Source: a virus. From it: a stretch of DNA of 64,000 bases. Location of the stretch: the IMG/VR virus record IMGVR_UViG_3300042197_000370; one strand, given 5' to 3'. The translations under genes were made by a program, and so were the position numbers. The notes beneath the pieces were generated by a model, which had not been told where the DNA came from, did not search any database, and saw only the letters and a program-made list of their open reading frames with translations. Each line of letters begins with the position of its first letter. Position 1 is the stretch's first letter. Below, one piece after another: positions 45,422 to 54,243 of the stretch.

Positions 45422-47170
45422 TTATCTCCTATACTGTTGCTCTACCATTTCTTGGTGTAGCCTATCTGATGATAATTGACGCAATACTCTTGAATTGTCA
45501 ATTACCTTTTGATTTTTATAAATTTCTTTCGGTGCATAAAAAGACGCATCTCTTAATGCAAGTTGTAGATATGAATTGTATCCTATAGGTTGCATCATCA
45601 TTCTGTCTAAACTGATGCCCATAGATAATTCATTGTTTTGTGCAGTCTTGTTTAATGGATTTTCTTTTTGCTCTGTGCTAGAACTATTATTATTTTTTGT
45701 GTTGTTATCTATGATTTCAGTCAATGGGTTAGCACGATTAGTTAAAAAATTGTTAGTGAATAAAACGTTCTCTACTTCTGCACTACGCAATCCAGTCATA
45801 GTGGTTGTTTGCATACTAGATGTTGATTGTGTAACTACCGGCTGTATCGATATCATAGATACCTGTGTATCGACTGATTGAGTAGATTGATTATTGTTTG
45901 AAACATTCTGTTGCACACTTGCATTATTACCCATCATGAGTTGATTATTAACTGCACCAAAATTTTGCTGAGTGCTAGATGCTAAAGGTATACCCTGAGC
46001 AAATGAAGAACTTTGCACATTACTTTGTTGTGTTGTACTAACTTGTTGTGTGGCTGCTTGTATGCTTGCATTAGACGATGTATTTGCTACTGACATAGCA
46101 GTTTGTTCTGTGGCTCGTACAGCAGATTGTGCTACATCATTAGCGGCTTGTACAGCAGTTGAGGCAATCGCTTGTTCTTTCTTTTCATTGTTCTTGATCA
46201 TAGTCAGTATTGATGAAAGACTTGGTCCACCAGAAGTAGAACCACCTTGTTGTGGTGCAAAACTTGAACTTGCTACATTGTTTGATGAACCAGGGGGAGG
46301 TTGTGATCCTGGTGGCGGCTGTGATCCAGTCGGCGCCGGCTGTGATGATCCACTTGGTGGAGGCTGACTAGTAGATGATGTAGTTGTAGTCGTGCTGCCG
46401 GGTGGTGGAGGCTCTGAGCCTGGTGGGGGAGGTGAACTATATGCAATCTGTTGTTCTTGCTGTTTGGGTTCTGACTCCGGAGGCGGCTTGCTAAATGTAT
46501 CTGCTATCTCTATAGGACTAGATGTTCCTGTGTTAGTTGTTGTAGGTGTAGGTGATGTTTGCTTAACGCTATAATTCAACGATAAAGATATATCTCGTAC
46601 CCTAGGACCATAATAACCACTCCAAAAATTCATGTCACTACCCGTCCATGATATAGAAATGTCACCTAAAGAATTTAGTTGATATGGACTACTAAAAGTT
46701 TCAGTGCCTGTAAAGGTCTGAAAGGTAGCACCGGTATTTGTCAAACTATAATCATAGTTGTAGTATTCTAAAACTTTTCCTGTATTATTTGTAAGACTGC
46801 CATATACGTTTAATGAACCTCTAGTTCCAGAAGGATTATTTAAATCATTATATATCTTCCAAGAGTAATTAAAACCACCTACACTTATACCTTGTCCGCT
46901 CAATACTGAATTGATCGCTATTATCTGACTTACTGTATACGGCATGTAACTAAAACGAATCGTATTAGTATCAGTGTTGAATGCTGGAGAAGGACCGCCA
47001 CCAGTACCTTCTACTTGACCTAATTGACCACTATTCATGTAAATGACATTGCCCCATTTAGTAGGATCAATGAGGTTAGATGTAGTCTGTACGCTACCCG
47101 TAGTGGTATCTATGTTTTGCGCACAGACTACATTACTGACTAGTAATAGTAGGACTAAGAGTTTTTTCAT
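45422..47170 (-). CDS. Secreted protein: N-terminal beta-rich domain plus Ser/Pro/Gln/Thr low-complexity stalk
   Basis: Signal peptide ending VCA; PPPGS repeats. Confidence 0.82.
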   Translation of the reverse strand: MKKLLVLLLLVSNVVCAQNIDTTTGSVQTTSNLIDPTKWGNVIYMNSGQLGQVEGTGGGPSPAFNTDTNTIRFSYMPYTVSQIIAINSVLSGQGISVGGFNYSWKIYNDLNNPSGTRGSLNVYGSLTNNTGKVLEYYNYDYSLTNTGATFQTFTGTETFSSPYQLNSLGDISISWTGSDMNFWSGYYGPRVRDISLSLNYSVKQTSPTPTTTNTGTSSPIEIADTFSKPPPESEPKQQEQQIAYSSPPPPGSEPPPPGSTTTTTSSTSQPPPSGSSQPAPTGSQPPPGSQPPPGSSNNVASSSFAPQQGGSTSGGPSLSSILTMIKNNEKKEQAIASTAVQAANDVAQSAVRATEQTAMSVANTSSNASIQAATQQVSTTQQSNVQSSSFAQGIPLASSTQQNFGAVNNQLMMGNNASVQQNVSNNNQSTQSVDTQVSMISIQPVVTQSTSSMQTTTMTGLRSAEVENVLFTNNFLTNRANPLTEIIDNNTKNNNSSSTEQKENPLNKTAQNNELSMGISLDRMMMQPIGYNSYLQLALRDASFYAPKEIYKNQKVIDNSRVLRQLSSDRLHQEMVEQQYRR

Positions 47171-48324
47171 TACTCAAACCAACCCTTACTCTTACCTTTA
47201 GGTACCTTTTTAGGATTTGCTTCCCACGCAGCCTTTGCTTGTTCACCAATCATACCCTCATATGGGCAGGGAGTTCCGGCTGCCATCATAGCATCAAATA
47301 CACGACGATCTTGACACATAGCCGCAACCGCCGCCACTTTCATACCCATGTCGTATAATGTCTTAGATAGTTTTAAACGTTCGCAATTCTCATCACGTAA
47401 TGTAGAGCCAAAACTCATACCGAGAATTTGTGTTTGTGCTGCACCACTGACACCAGTAGTACATAAATCAGCATTACCACCTGACAACATTGCAGGAGCA
47501 ATCGCTGTTGGTGGAGGTTGAATGACTTTCTGTGTGACAGTTGTTTCATTGATGTTGCGATTAGTCATCTCACCTTGTTGGATGTTTACGTTTGTGTTAC
47601 TACTAACGCTATTATTTTGATTGACATTAGTTGCGGTGCTAGTTGAAGTATTGATGTTTCTGTTAGTCATATCACCAGTATTAACGTTAGTATTGACGTT
47701 ATTATTAGTGCTTGTGCTAGTAGAAACATTGTTGTTATTATTGGTAACACTACCGCTCATCACATTGTTATTAGTATTAACGGATGTGCTAGCATTGTTA
47801 TTGTTATAAGTCATAGTACCGCTATTGATGTTATTGTTAGTATTAACGGATGTGCTAGCATTGTTATTGTTATAAGTCATAGTACCACTATTGACATTAT
47901 TATTATTATATGTCATAGTACCGGTATTAACATTGTTATTGTTATTAGTCATTGTACCATTGTTGGTATTTTGATTGATATTAGTAACAGTACCACTTTG
48001 AATGTTGTTATTTGTATTAACATTCGTTGACGTACTTGTATTGTTATTATTGTTAGTGTTAGTGCTATTAACCGTGCTAGTGCTAGTACTATTATTGTTA
48101 GTAGTAGTCATGTTTGTAGTGTTAACAGTGCTGGTACTATTACTTGTACTATTCGTATCAACTAAAGAGGTAGTTGTATAACCTCCTTGGTTGATAGGAG
48201 TTGTGGTACTCGTAGTTGTTCCACCGGTTGTACTTTGCGTACTAGTGTTTGTAGTTTGTGAATATGCTGGAGTACTACCCATAAAGGCAGCAACTATAGC
48301 CAACATAAGGATCTTTTTTATCAT
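47170..48324 (-). CDS. Secreted Asn/Thr-repeat protein with a Cys-containing C-terminal domain
   Basis: Signal peptide; NNNNxNSGTMTY repeats; PPPTAIAP..DLC..NCERLKL..MCQD..GTPCPY. Confidence 0.85.
   Translation of the reverse strand: MIKKILMLAIVAAFMGSTPAYSQTTNTSTQSTTGGTTTSTTTPINQGGYTTTSLVDTNSTSNSTSTVNTTNMTTTNNNSTSTSTVNSTNTNNNNNTSTSTNVNTNNNIQSGTVTNINQNTNNGTMTNNNNNVNTGTMTYNNNNVNSGTMTYNNNNASTSVNTNNNINSGTMTYNNNNASTSVNTNNNVMSGSVTNNNNNVSTSTSTNNNVNTNVNTGDMTNRNINTSTSTATNVNQNNSVSSNTNVNIQQGEMTNRNINETTVTQKVIQPPPTAIAPAMLSGGNADLCTTGVSGAAQTQILGMSFGSTLRDENCERLKLSKTLYDMGMKVAAVAAMCQDRRVFDAMMAAGTPCPYEGMIGEQAKAAWEANPKKVPKGKSKGWFE
47771..47886. repeat. Intragenic direct repeat, 50 bp at 66-bp period
   Basis: ttagtattaacggatgtgctagcattgttattgttataagtcatagtacc at 47771-47820 and 47837-47886. 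Confidence 0.85.
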
Positions 48325-48376
48325 TTTTATTGTTCCCTGTTGCTGTATAAACTAAAAATACCTTTAGTTTAATCAA

Positions 48377-48383
48377 TATTTAT
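48377..48383 (-). promoter_or_regulatory. T4-type late promoter for the secreted-protein operon
   Basis: ATAAATA in the intergenic gap upstream of 48324. Confidence 0.5.
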
Positions 48384-48406
48384 TAGATATGGAACAAGAA
48401 ATGAAT

Positions 48407-48485
48407 GCTCACTTTTACCTACGGGGTAGCGAATCCTTTGGTAGCCCAGCAGCCGGGCACATAACCCTAACGGTCCTAGGGTATG
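48407..48485 (-). ncRNA. Candidate structured RNA (three adjacent hairpins)
   Basis: GC-rich intergenic island: CAUACCCUA/UAGGGUUAUG, GCCCGG/CUGGGC, UUCGCU-ACC/GGU-AGUGAG; strand inferred. Confidence 0.5.
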
Positions 48486-48488
48486 TTC

Positions 48489-48935
48489 TTAGTTACACCA
48501 ACTTTGTTTTGCTTCGCCAAAATATTCTCTAGCGTAGCCATTGGCTATTAACATTTGTCTTAGACTTTGCCCATCAAGTAATAAATCACCTAATACTCTT
48601 CCACCAAACTTATCCCAATCCATAAGATATACTTGATGAACTTTCGCATTTGAAACGGCTTGTTTAGTAAATGCTGATGCTGCCTCTCCTCGTTGTGCTT
48701 CGTTAGGACATTTAGCACGAAATCCTTTTTCAGGAGTATCAACACCAAATACACGCAATGCTAATTCAGGCTTTAATGGCGCCGGCAAAAAACTTGCTTT
48801 AAAAACTATAGTATCCCCATCACTAACACGAATTATTGTTACATCATACATTACACCTTGCTTTTTTTGTGCGAGTACAGGAGTTGCAAACGTTAGTGTT
48901 AATGTCGTAATTAACGCTGTGATAAATTGTTTCAT
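48489..48935 (-). CDS. Staphylococcal nuclease (thermonuclease) homolog with signal peptide
   Basis: RVSDGDTI, LRVFGVDTPE, DKFGGRVLG, NGYAREY. Confidence 0.9.
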   Translation of the reverse strand: MKQFITALITTLTLTFATPVLAQKKQGVMYDVTIIRVSDGDTIVFKASFLPAPLKPELALRVFGVDTPEKGFRAKCPNEAQRGEAASAFTKQAVSNAKVHQVYLMDWDKFGGRVLGDLLLDGQSLRQMLIANGYAREYFGEAKQSWCN

Positions 48936-49312
48936 TTGTCTAAGTCTCCTGCAAAGTGTGACATATATCTATCCCCTTTTATTTTCTGTACTGGCGCCAT
49001 AGTTTTATTAAAACCAGTTATAGCCTGCATAAAATCTTTTTTACTATTAGCAGCCACATCTTGCATCTGCTCTCTTTCATTTGGCTTAAGACTCATATAT
49101 GTTTTTAAGAATCCTACAATCTCATCCATAGACAATTTTGCTTTGGTATTGTCTCTAAAGAGTATAGGATAGTTGCCATCTACGTCAAATGCTTTTCTAA
49201 GTTGCATGACTAAGTGTGGTACCTTATCTTTGTCTGGATCGGCAGGAACTTCTTCCTGATCGTCAAAGTCAGGATCAAATTTGCCTTCTTTTAATATTTC
49301 ACTAATTTTCAT
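48932..49312 (-). CDS. Putative internal head protein
   Basis: MKISEILKE start. Confidence 0.7.
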   Translation of the reverse strand: MKISEILKEGKFDPDFDDQEEVPADPDKDKVPHLVMQLRKAFDVDGNYPILFRDNTKAKLSMDEIVGFLKTYMSLKPNEREQMQDVAANSKKDFMQAITGFNKTMAPVQKIKGDRYMSHFAGDLDK

Positions 49313-50511
49313 AATGTTCCCTCATATCTTTCAAACCATGGATCAATGATAACTATAGTACCATCTTTACGTTGCATAGCATTGTCTGTATGCAAGTCCC
49401 AATACATTTTATTAATCTTACCTGTTCTGTATAGTAATTCCATTACAGTATACAGTAGTTGCATCTCTGCATGTTTATTTTCATTACCCTTTACCATTGA
49501 TAAATTTTGCCACTTCAAAGCAAACTGATTTGCTTTATCAGTGTGAAAATCATACCATGTTTTTGGATATCCCAACAAATCATCTACTTTATTCCATGAT
49601 ACTTTATTTGAAACGTAATCACTAAAGAACCAAACTATACCTTGTGTAAAACTATCTTCTTTAATGGGATATAGTTGTTCCATACTAACCTGTATGTAAT
49701 TCTTATTACCCAATTTAAATTCTATGTAATCTTTACCTTGTATAGGTATAAACTTTGGTAAGCATGCTAAGTCTTTATGTTGTGTACAAAACTCATAGAA
49801 CTTTTTGAATACGTATGCAGCCTGTGTAATATCTTTACTGTCAGGCATAATGACTTTTATCACATGCCCTTCATCTCTACTCCATACAGTAGCATCAGCG
49901 CCATGACCTAATTGCTTATAGCCTGCATTTTTAAGTTCCTGAGTGATTCGTTTCGCCTCAGGAGTTCCTGACTCTGCTTCGTCTACATCTACTTCATTAA
50001 CGATAACAGTGGAACCCGGTTTAGGATGTGTCAATCCTATCTTGTCTGGATATAATGGACCCGATTCAACACGTTCGCCGCCATCAAAATACTTTAACTC
50101 TACAGGCAACTCATCCCAACCTAATGCAGCCGCAGCCATGATACGATGATTACCTTCATTGACCCAGGCTTCACCGTTGTATGCCACCATAACAAAAGGA
50201 GCATATTCTTCACCATTTCTTTTTAGTGGTAACTTACCTGTATCTTTCATTATTTTCATAATGGCTTCTAGGTCTTTTTCTCTGACGTTCTTTTGTTCGC
50301 CACGCATGCCGGGCAATCTCTTCAACAAACTAACAGGTAGTTTAGGTTCAGGTCTTACAATACCAGTTGTTGATCCCATATATGGTACACCGTAACTGTC
50401 ACGACCTCTGCTCTTTGCGTATTCAACTTTTCCAGCCAGCCAATCCTCATTAGGAACATCTGTAATCAGCATGCTCTCATTTAATTTAGAGGTAAATTCA
50501 CTGGCTCTCAT
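49309..50511 (-). CDS. Putative internal head protein: ParB/Srx-like domain plus protein-kinase-like domain
   Basis: MRASEF..KLNE; EGNHRIMAA; VDE boundary; LGHGADATVW, VIKV, DLHTDN, IIDP. Confidence 0.75.
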   Translation of the reverse strand: MRASEFTSKLNESMLITDVPNEDWLAGKVEYAKSRGRDSYGVPYMGSTTGIVRPEPKLPVSLLKRLPGMRGEQKNVREKDLEAIMKIMKDTGKLPLKRNGEEYAPFVMVAYNGEAWVNEGNHRIMAAAALGWDELPVELKYFDGGERVESGPLYPDKIGLTHPKPGSTVIVNEVDVDEAESGTPEAKRITQELKNAGYKQLGHGADATVWSRDEGHVIKVIMPDSKDITQAAYVFKKFYEFCTQHKDLACLPKFIPIQGKDYIEFKLGNKNYIQVSMEQLYPIKEDSFTQGIVWFFSDYVSNKVSWNKVDDLLGYPKTWYDFHTDKANQFALKWQNLSMVKGNENKHAEMQLLYTVMELLYRTGKINKMYWDLHTDNAMQRKDGTIVIIDPWFERYEGTL

Positions 50512-50516
50512 ACATA

Positions 50517-50523
50517 TATTTAT
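50517..50523 (-). promoter_or_regulatory. T4-type late promoter, 5 nt before the ATG
   Basis: ATAAATA-TATGT-ATG, no SD. Confidence 0.55.
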
Positions 50524-51059
50524 TAGTTTTGACTTTTATACAACTCGTCAAAAATCTGTATGAAATAGTCAAATGCTAGGTTAGCCTCATCAGCCAAATC
50601 CATCGTTAATTTGTCGTTGAATGATTTGATGATGCCGGGTCTATCTTCAAATTGATATGCTCTACCGGTACCGGGTACAACCCTAGCCATTAGTTTGCCA
50701 CCATATAGATCGCCCATATGTCTTACATAGACATGTGCTAGTAACAAATGAGGATTGTGATATGCAGTAGCCCACAAGTGGTCGATATACTTTTTAGTAC
50801 TAGGCATTAATTCTCTAGTATAATTATTATTAAGTTCTTTTAAATCTTCACAGATTGCGGTATAGCGTTCTATGCCTGGTAAATCTTTTAGTATATCAGC
50901 ACCACGTGCGGCTAATTCTATTACTCTGTATATCTCACGCAATTCAAATAGGTAATGAACGTATTGATCTACAGTGGGACCATTCATAATGGTCTGTATC
51001 ATGGGCAGTGATTCTACCTCACGATGCTTGGCATTAGTTACTTCTCTTAATATTGTCAT
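50523..51059 (-). CDS. Heme oxygenase (biliverdin-producing, Ho1/HemO-like)
   Basis: LREVTNAKHREVE (proximal His) and AHVYVRHMGDLYGG. Confidence 0.88.
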   Translation of the reverse strand: MTILREVTNAKHREVESLPMIQTIMNGPTVDQYVHYLFELREIYRVIELAARGADILKDLPGIERYTAICEDLKELNNNYTRELMPSTKKYIDHLWATAYHNPHLLLAHVYVRHMGDLYGGKLMARVVPGTGRAYQFEDRPGIIKSFNDKLTMDLADEANLAFDYFIQIFDELYKSQN

Positions 51060-51499
51060 GCGCGGGCTTTTTTGAGTGTGCTACGTAACATCCAACCATG
51101 TTTTTCATGTGCATCTAAACGTCCTGCAATAAAATCTGCAATACCCTGTTTATTTTCTGCCTCAGCATGTTCAAAACAATTGTTGAGCAATTCAATAACT
51201 TTTTGATTATCTACTTCTAATTCTTGTAACATAAGTTCAGCACGTGGAATCATGGGTTGTTCTTCAATGATTGATAACTCACTGAATCTACGCATACTAC
51301 CTGGAGTATAACTGTCTAATGTTCTAATATATTCTGCTGTTTGGTCAATAGCGTTACCATAGACCTCTTCGTAAATGTCACCAAAGAACTTATGGTATTG
51401 TGGGAAGTTAGGGCCCTCAACGTTCCAATGAAAATGTTGCGCCTTAATTACAAACGCATAACTTGTTGATAATAATGTTTTTAATGCTTCTGCTAGCAT
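51056..51499 (-). CDS. dps: Dps / DNA-binding ferritin-like protein
   Basis: HFHWNVEGPNFPQYH, DQTAEYIR, HEKHGWML; restarted at MLAEALK. Confidence 0.92.
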   Translation of the reverse strand: MLAEALKTLLSTSYAFVIKAQHFHWNVEGPNFPQYHKFFGDIYEEVYGNAIDQTAEYIRTLDSYTPGSMRRFSELSIIEEQPMIPRAELMLQELEVDNQKVIELLNNCFEHAEAENKQGIADFIAGRLDAHEKHGWMLRSTLKKARA

Positions 51500-51500
51500 G

Positions 51501-51617
51501 TTATCCTCTACATAATAATTCTGATGCTTTTGTTTTCCAAACGTTTGGAAAAACACTGTGTACAATTAATATTCCTGCTATAGTTAATGCCCTACGCATG
51601 TGTTGAAAGTATGTCAT
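51501..51617 (-). CDS. Small protein (38 aa, DUF6356-like), not in ORF track
   Basis: MTYFQHMRRALTIAGILIVHSVFPNVWKTKASELLCRG. Confidence 0.6.
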   Translation of the reverse strand: MTYFQHMRRALTIAGILIVHSVFPNVWKTKASELLCRG

Positions 51618-51637
51618 ATTTACATCTTGTAAATGTG

Positions 51638-51865
51638 TCATTTCTTCTTTCTTCCCTGACAATGGGCACGTTGACTAAAACCTTTTGGATTATTACAGTT
51701 TATACTACTTTTATATTTCTTAGACCATTTCTCTTCAATCTGTTCTTCATTAGTCATAGCAGTAATACGCCTAGGACCTTTGCGTTTGAACATGTTATAT
51801 TCTTGTTCATAGGTACCGGGCATAGGTAAGCCCTTATTTTCTGCAATGAATTCGCTGGCTCTCAC
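51638..51865 (-). CDS. Small putative internal head protein
   Basis: MRASEFIAE start; IEE boundary then KWSKKYKSSINCNNPKGFSQRAHCQGRKKK. Confidence 0.75.
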   Translation of the reverse strand: MRASEFIAENKGLPMPGTYEQEYNMFKRKGPRRITAMTNEEQIEEKWSKKYKSSINCNNPKGFSQRAHCQGRKKK

Positions 51866-52017
51866 TTCAAATATACCTTTTTAGTTTTGACACTAGGATC
51901 TGTTTTAGGATCAATAGGTTTAGTATTGGTTAACATATTACCCTTTTTAGGTTTGTTGTCAGTCAATGTTTGCTTCTTTTGACCGGCTATAGCCAATCCC
52001 GTAACTACTTTTAACAT
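51862..52017 (-). CDS. Small basic protein
   Basis: Restarted at MLKVV just after the upstream stop; 4-nt overlap with the GTG start of the downstream gene. Confidence 0.55.
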   Translation of the reverse strand: MLKVVTGLAIAGQKKQTLTDNKPKKGNMLTNTKPIDPKTDPSVKTKKVYLK

Positions 52018-52018
52018 A

Positions 52019-54241
52019 TTATTTCCCTGCAGGTTTAATATCATACCAACGCCAGCCATCGCCGTCGTTACGATTGACCGCTTCAGTTTCACTTATACCC
52101 TGTGCTATGCCTGAGGGTTTTACTTTATACTTACGATAACTTTGTCCTGCGTTACCACCTTGACCCATTCCACCTGCGTATGCAGTATCTTCATTCTTCT
52201 TGCCACCAGTGCCCCAATTACTTGCGCCTTTTTTACGGCACTTGACTAATGCACCACTAGCATAAGCACTAGGCCATACTTTATAACGGCTCTTAACTTT
52301 GTAGTAGCAGGCGTCTTTCTTTTCGTTCATCATTTCTGCTTCATACATAGCACCACCGCATTTAGGACATTGTTGATGACCTTCTTCTACGCTTTCTTTT
52401 GGCACACAATTAGGGACCATTTTACCGCCCTTACTTTTCATACCAACTTGCTTATGTGTATCCCAGCACTTTTCGTCTAATTGTTCTTCCGCTACGTTTT
52501 TGGCTATTTTATTCAATTCATAGTGAACTTTATCACCGGCGTCAGCCCTAAATGCTCTGAATCCTAATTCCTTAGCATAACGCTGAACTAACCTATCATA
52601 TAAATTAGCACGACTTTGTGTTTTTTGTCCTGGTTCAACTTCTTTGCTGGCTGAGAAGATTACTCTTTTGGGTTTGTACTTCTTAATAAATGTTTGAATA
52701 GCACTTAATACTGTAGCAAATATTCTATGTGCATCACCTTCTCCTGTGACTTCTTGACTGTCATTTCTATAAAATTCAACACTCCAGGCTTCTTCACCTT
52801 CTTCATTTGCGTCTAGGTTAAACATGATACTTAGGTCATCACCATTGGGTATTTCAGCGTAGGCTGTTACCTCATCCATGTCACCAGGATACCATTTTAG
52901 TTTGTAGGGTTGGTCAAAGGATTCCTCTAAATCTTGTGCCTCCGCCGTATCTTGCTGTTTTGTAAATACAAGATCACCATCGTATTTTCTATCAACATAG
53001 CCTGCTTCTATAGCATCATCTTCCCACATGATATCACCGATCATGTTTTCTAAAAATGACCAGTAATCATCGTCTCCGATAAACTCCATGTTCATACCGT
53101 AATAAGTATTATTTTTTGTATCAAAACCATTTCGCATAGTAGAGAATTCTTTAGCATTATTGCCTGTAGTTGAAGATAGTTTATATATAGCATGTTTATG
53201 ACTATCATCCTGAGGATTTCCTGTAGCAAGAAACATTGGGCTTTGGCGTGTTATGCCATTTTGATCTATTCTTATTTCGTAAATTCCGTCACGGTCATTA
53301 TTACCAATTACTGATGCTACAATTTTATTTGTTCTAAGATTTTTGAAAACCAAATCAACATCATCTATTCCTTTTGATCGTGGTCCAGTAGCGTAAACAA
53401 TTCCTTCAGTATTGTTTTCATTTAATGAATTTTTAGGTTTTTTATGATGTTTCTTCATGTTTATAGCAATAGCAGCCTGTTGAGCAGGGTTCATAGCTTC
53501 ATTTGATTTCTTTTTTGTAGCTACATTCTTTGCTGGGCCACTACGCTCTGGATTAGGATCTTCTCTACGCTTACGTGCTGCCGCGCTTGCACGACCCTTC
53601 TTTCCTAGACTGTGGGCTTTACTCTGTGGTAAGCATTTTGGCTTACCCTCGCTGTCATCACCCCTTGCACAATCACCGCGAATCTTGCCATCAGGACCAA
53701 AACGAACCCACTTCTCTTTAAACCATTTGCGTAGATTCTCATCTAGTATTTCATCATCGTCCCAACGTGATTGTTGTAATGCTTCTTCAAATACTTCATC
53801 TAATCCGTATACTGCTGATTCTAATTGATTCTTTGCATTATACACATCATCAATTGCTGATTCAAGTGAATCTTTATCAATATTGAACTTTTCTGCAAGC
53901 ATTTGAATTTGTACAATAATATCTGTAGCAGTATCATCATACTTGATTTGTTTGGTTATCTGTCTGGCTTTTTGTAGTGCCATTTCTAATTCTGCTTGTC
54001 TATCTGCACCTTCTTCAAGTCCACCTGAATATACTGGCTTCCCTGCTTTACGTGCAGCCAATCTTTTTTGTAGTTCAGGATTAACATCAGATTTTGGCGC
54101 CGGCGCAACCGGTGATGCTGGAGCCTTAGGTTCTGCAATAGGTTTATCAAAGGATGTGATTTGTCCCGCCTTACGTGCAGCCAAACGCTTTTGTAGATCG
54201 GGATTTAATTCTGATATCAAACCTTTTATGATAGAACTCAT
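52019..54241 (-). CDS. Large modular (polyprotein-like) putative internal head protein
   Basis: About ten short modules each preceded by LEE/LDE/SNE/LNE/VEE/MNE/KNE. Confidence 0.8.
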   Translation of the reverse strand: MSSIIKGLISELNPDLQKRLAARKAGQITSFDKPIAEPKAPASPVAPAPKSDVNPELQKRLAARKAGKPVYSGGLEEGADRQAELEMALQKARQITKQIKYDDTATDIIVQIQMLAEKFNIDKDSLESAIDDVYNAKNQLESAVYGLDEVFEEALQQSRWDDDEILDENLRKWFKEKWVRFGPDGKIRGDCARGDDSEGKPKCLPQSKAHSLGKKGRASAAARKRREDPNPERSGPAKNVATKKKSNEAMNPAQQAAIAINMKKHHKKPKNSLNENNTEGIVYATGPRSKGIDDVDLVFKNLRTNKIVASVIGNNDRDGIYEIRIDQNGITRQSPMFLATGNPQDDSHKHAIYKLSSTTGNNAKEFSTMRNGFDTKNNTYYGMNMEFIGDDDYWSFLENMIGDIMWEDDAIEAGYVDRKYDGDLVFTKQQDTAEAQDLEESFDQPYKLKWYPGDMDEVTAYAEIPNGDDLSIMFNLDANEEGEEAWSVEFYRNDSQEVTGEGDAHRIFATVLSAIQTFIKKYKPKRVIFSASKEVEPGQKTQSRANLYDRLVQRYAKELGFRAFRADAGDKVHYELNKIAKNVAEEQLDEKCWDTHKQVGMKSKGGKMVPNCVPKESVEEGHQQCPKCGGAMYEAEMMNEKKDACYYKVKSRYKVWPSAYASGALVKCRKKGASNWGTGGKKNEDTAYAGGMGQGGNAGQSYRKYKVKPSGIAQGISETEAVNRNDGDGWRWYDIKPAGK

Positions 54242-54243
54242 AA

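Noticed and set aside
47771-47886. 50-bp direct repeat as a mini-CRISPR or attachment site
   Set aside because: In-frame 66-bp period inside a repeat-rich CDS; explained by coding duplication.
50523-51059. Cyanophage identity implied by heme oxygenase
   Set aside because: No photosynthesis or bilin reductase genes in the window; the TctA/TctC and OM/periplasmic proteins point to a heterotrophic Proteobacterium, though the host is unproven.
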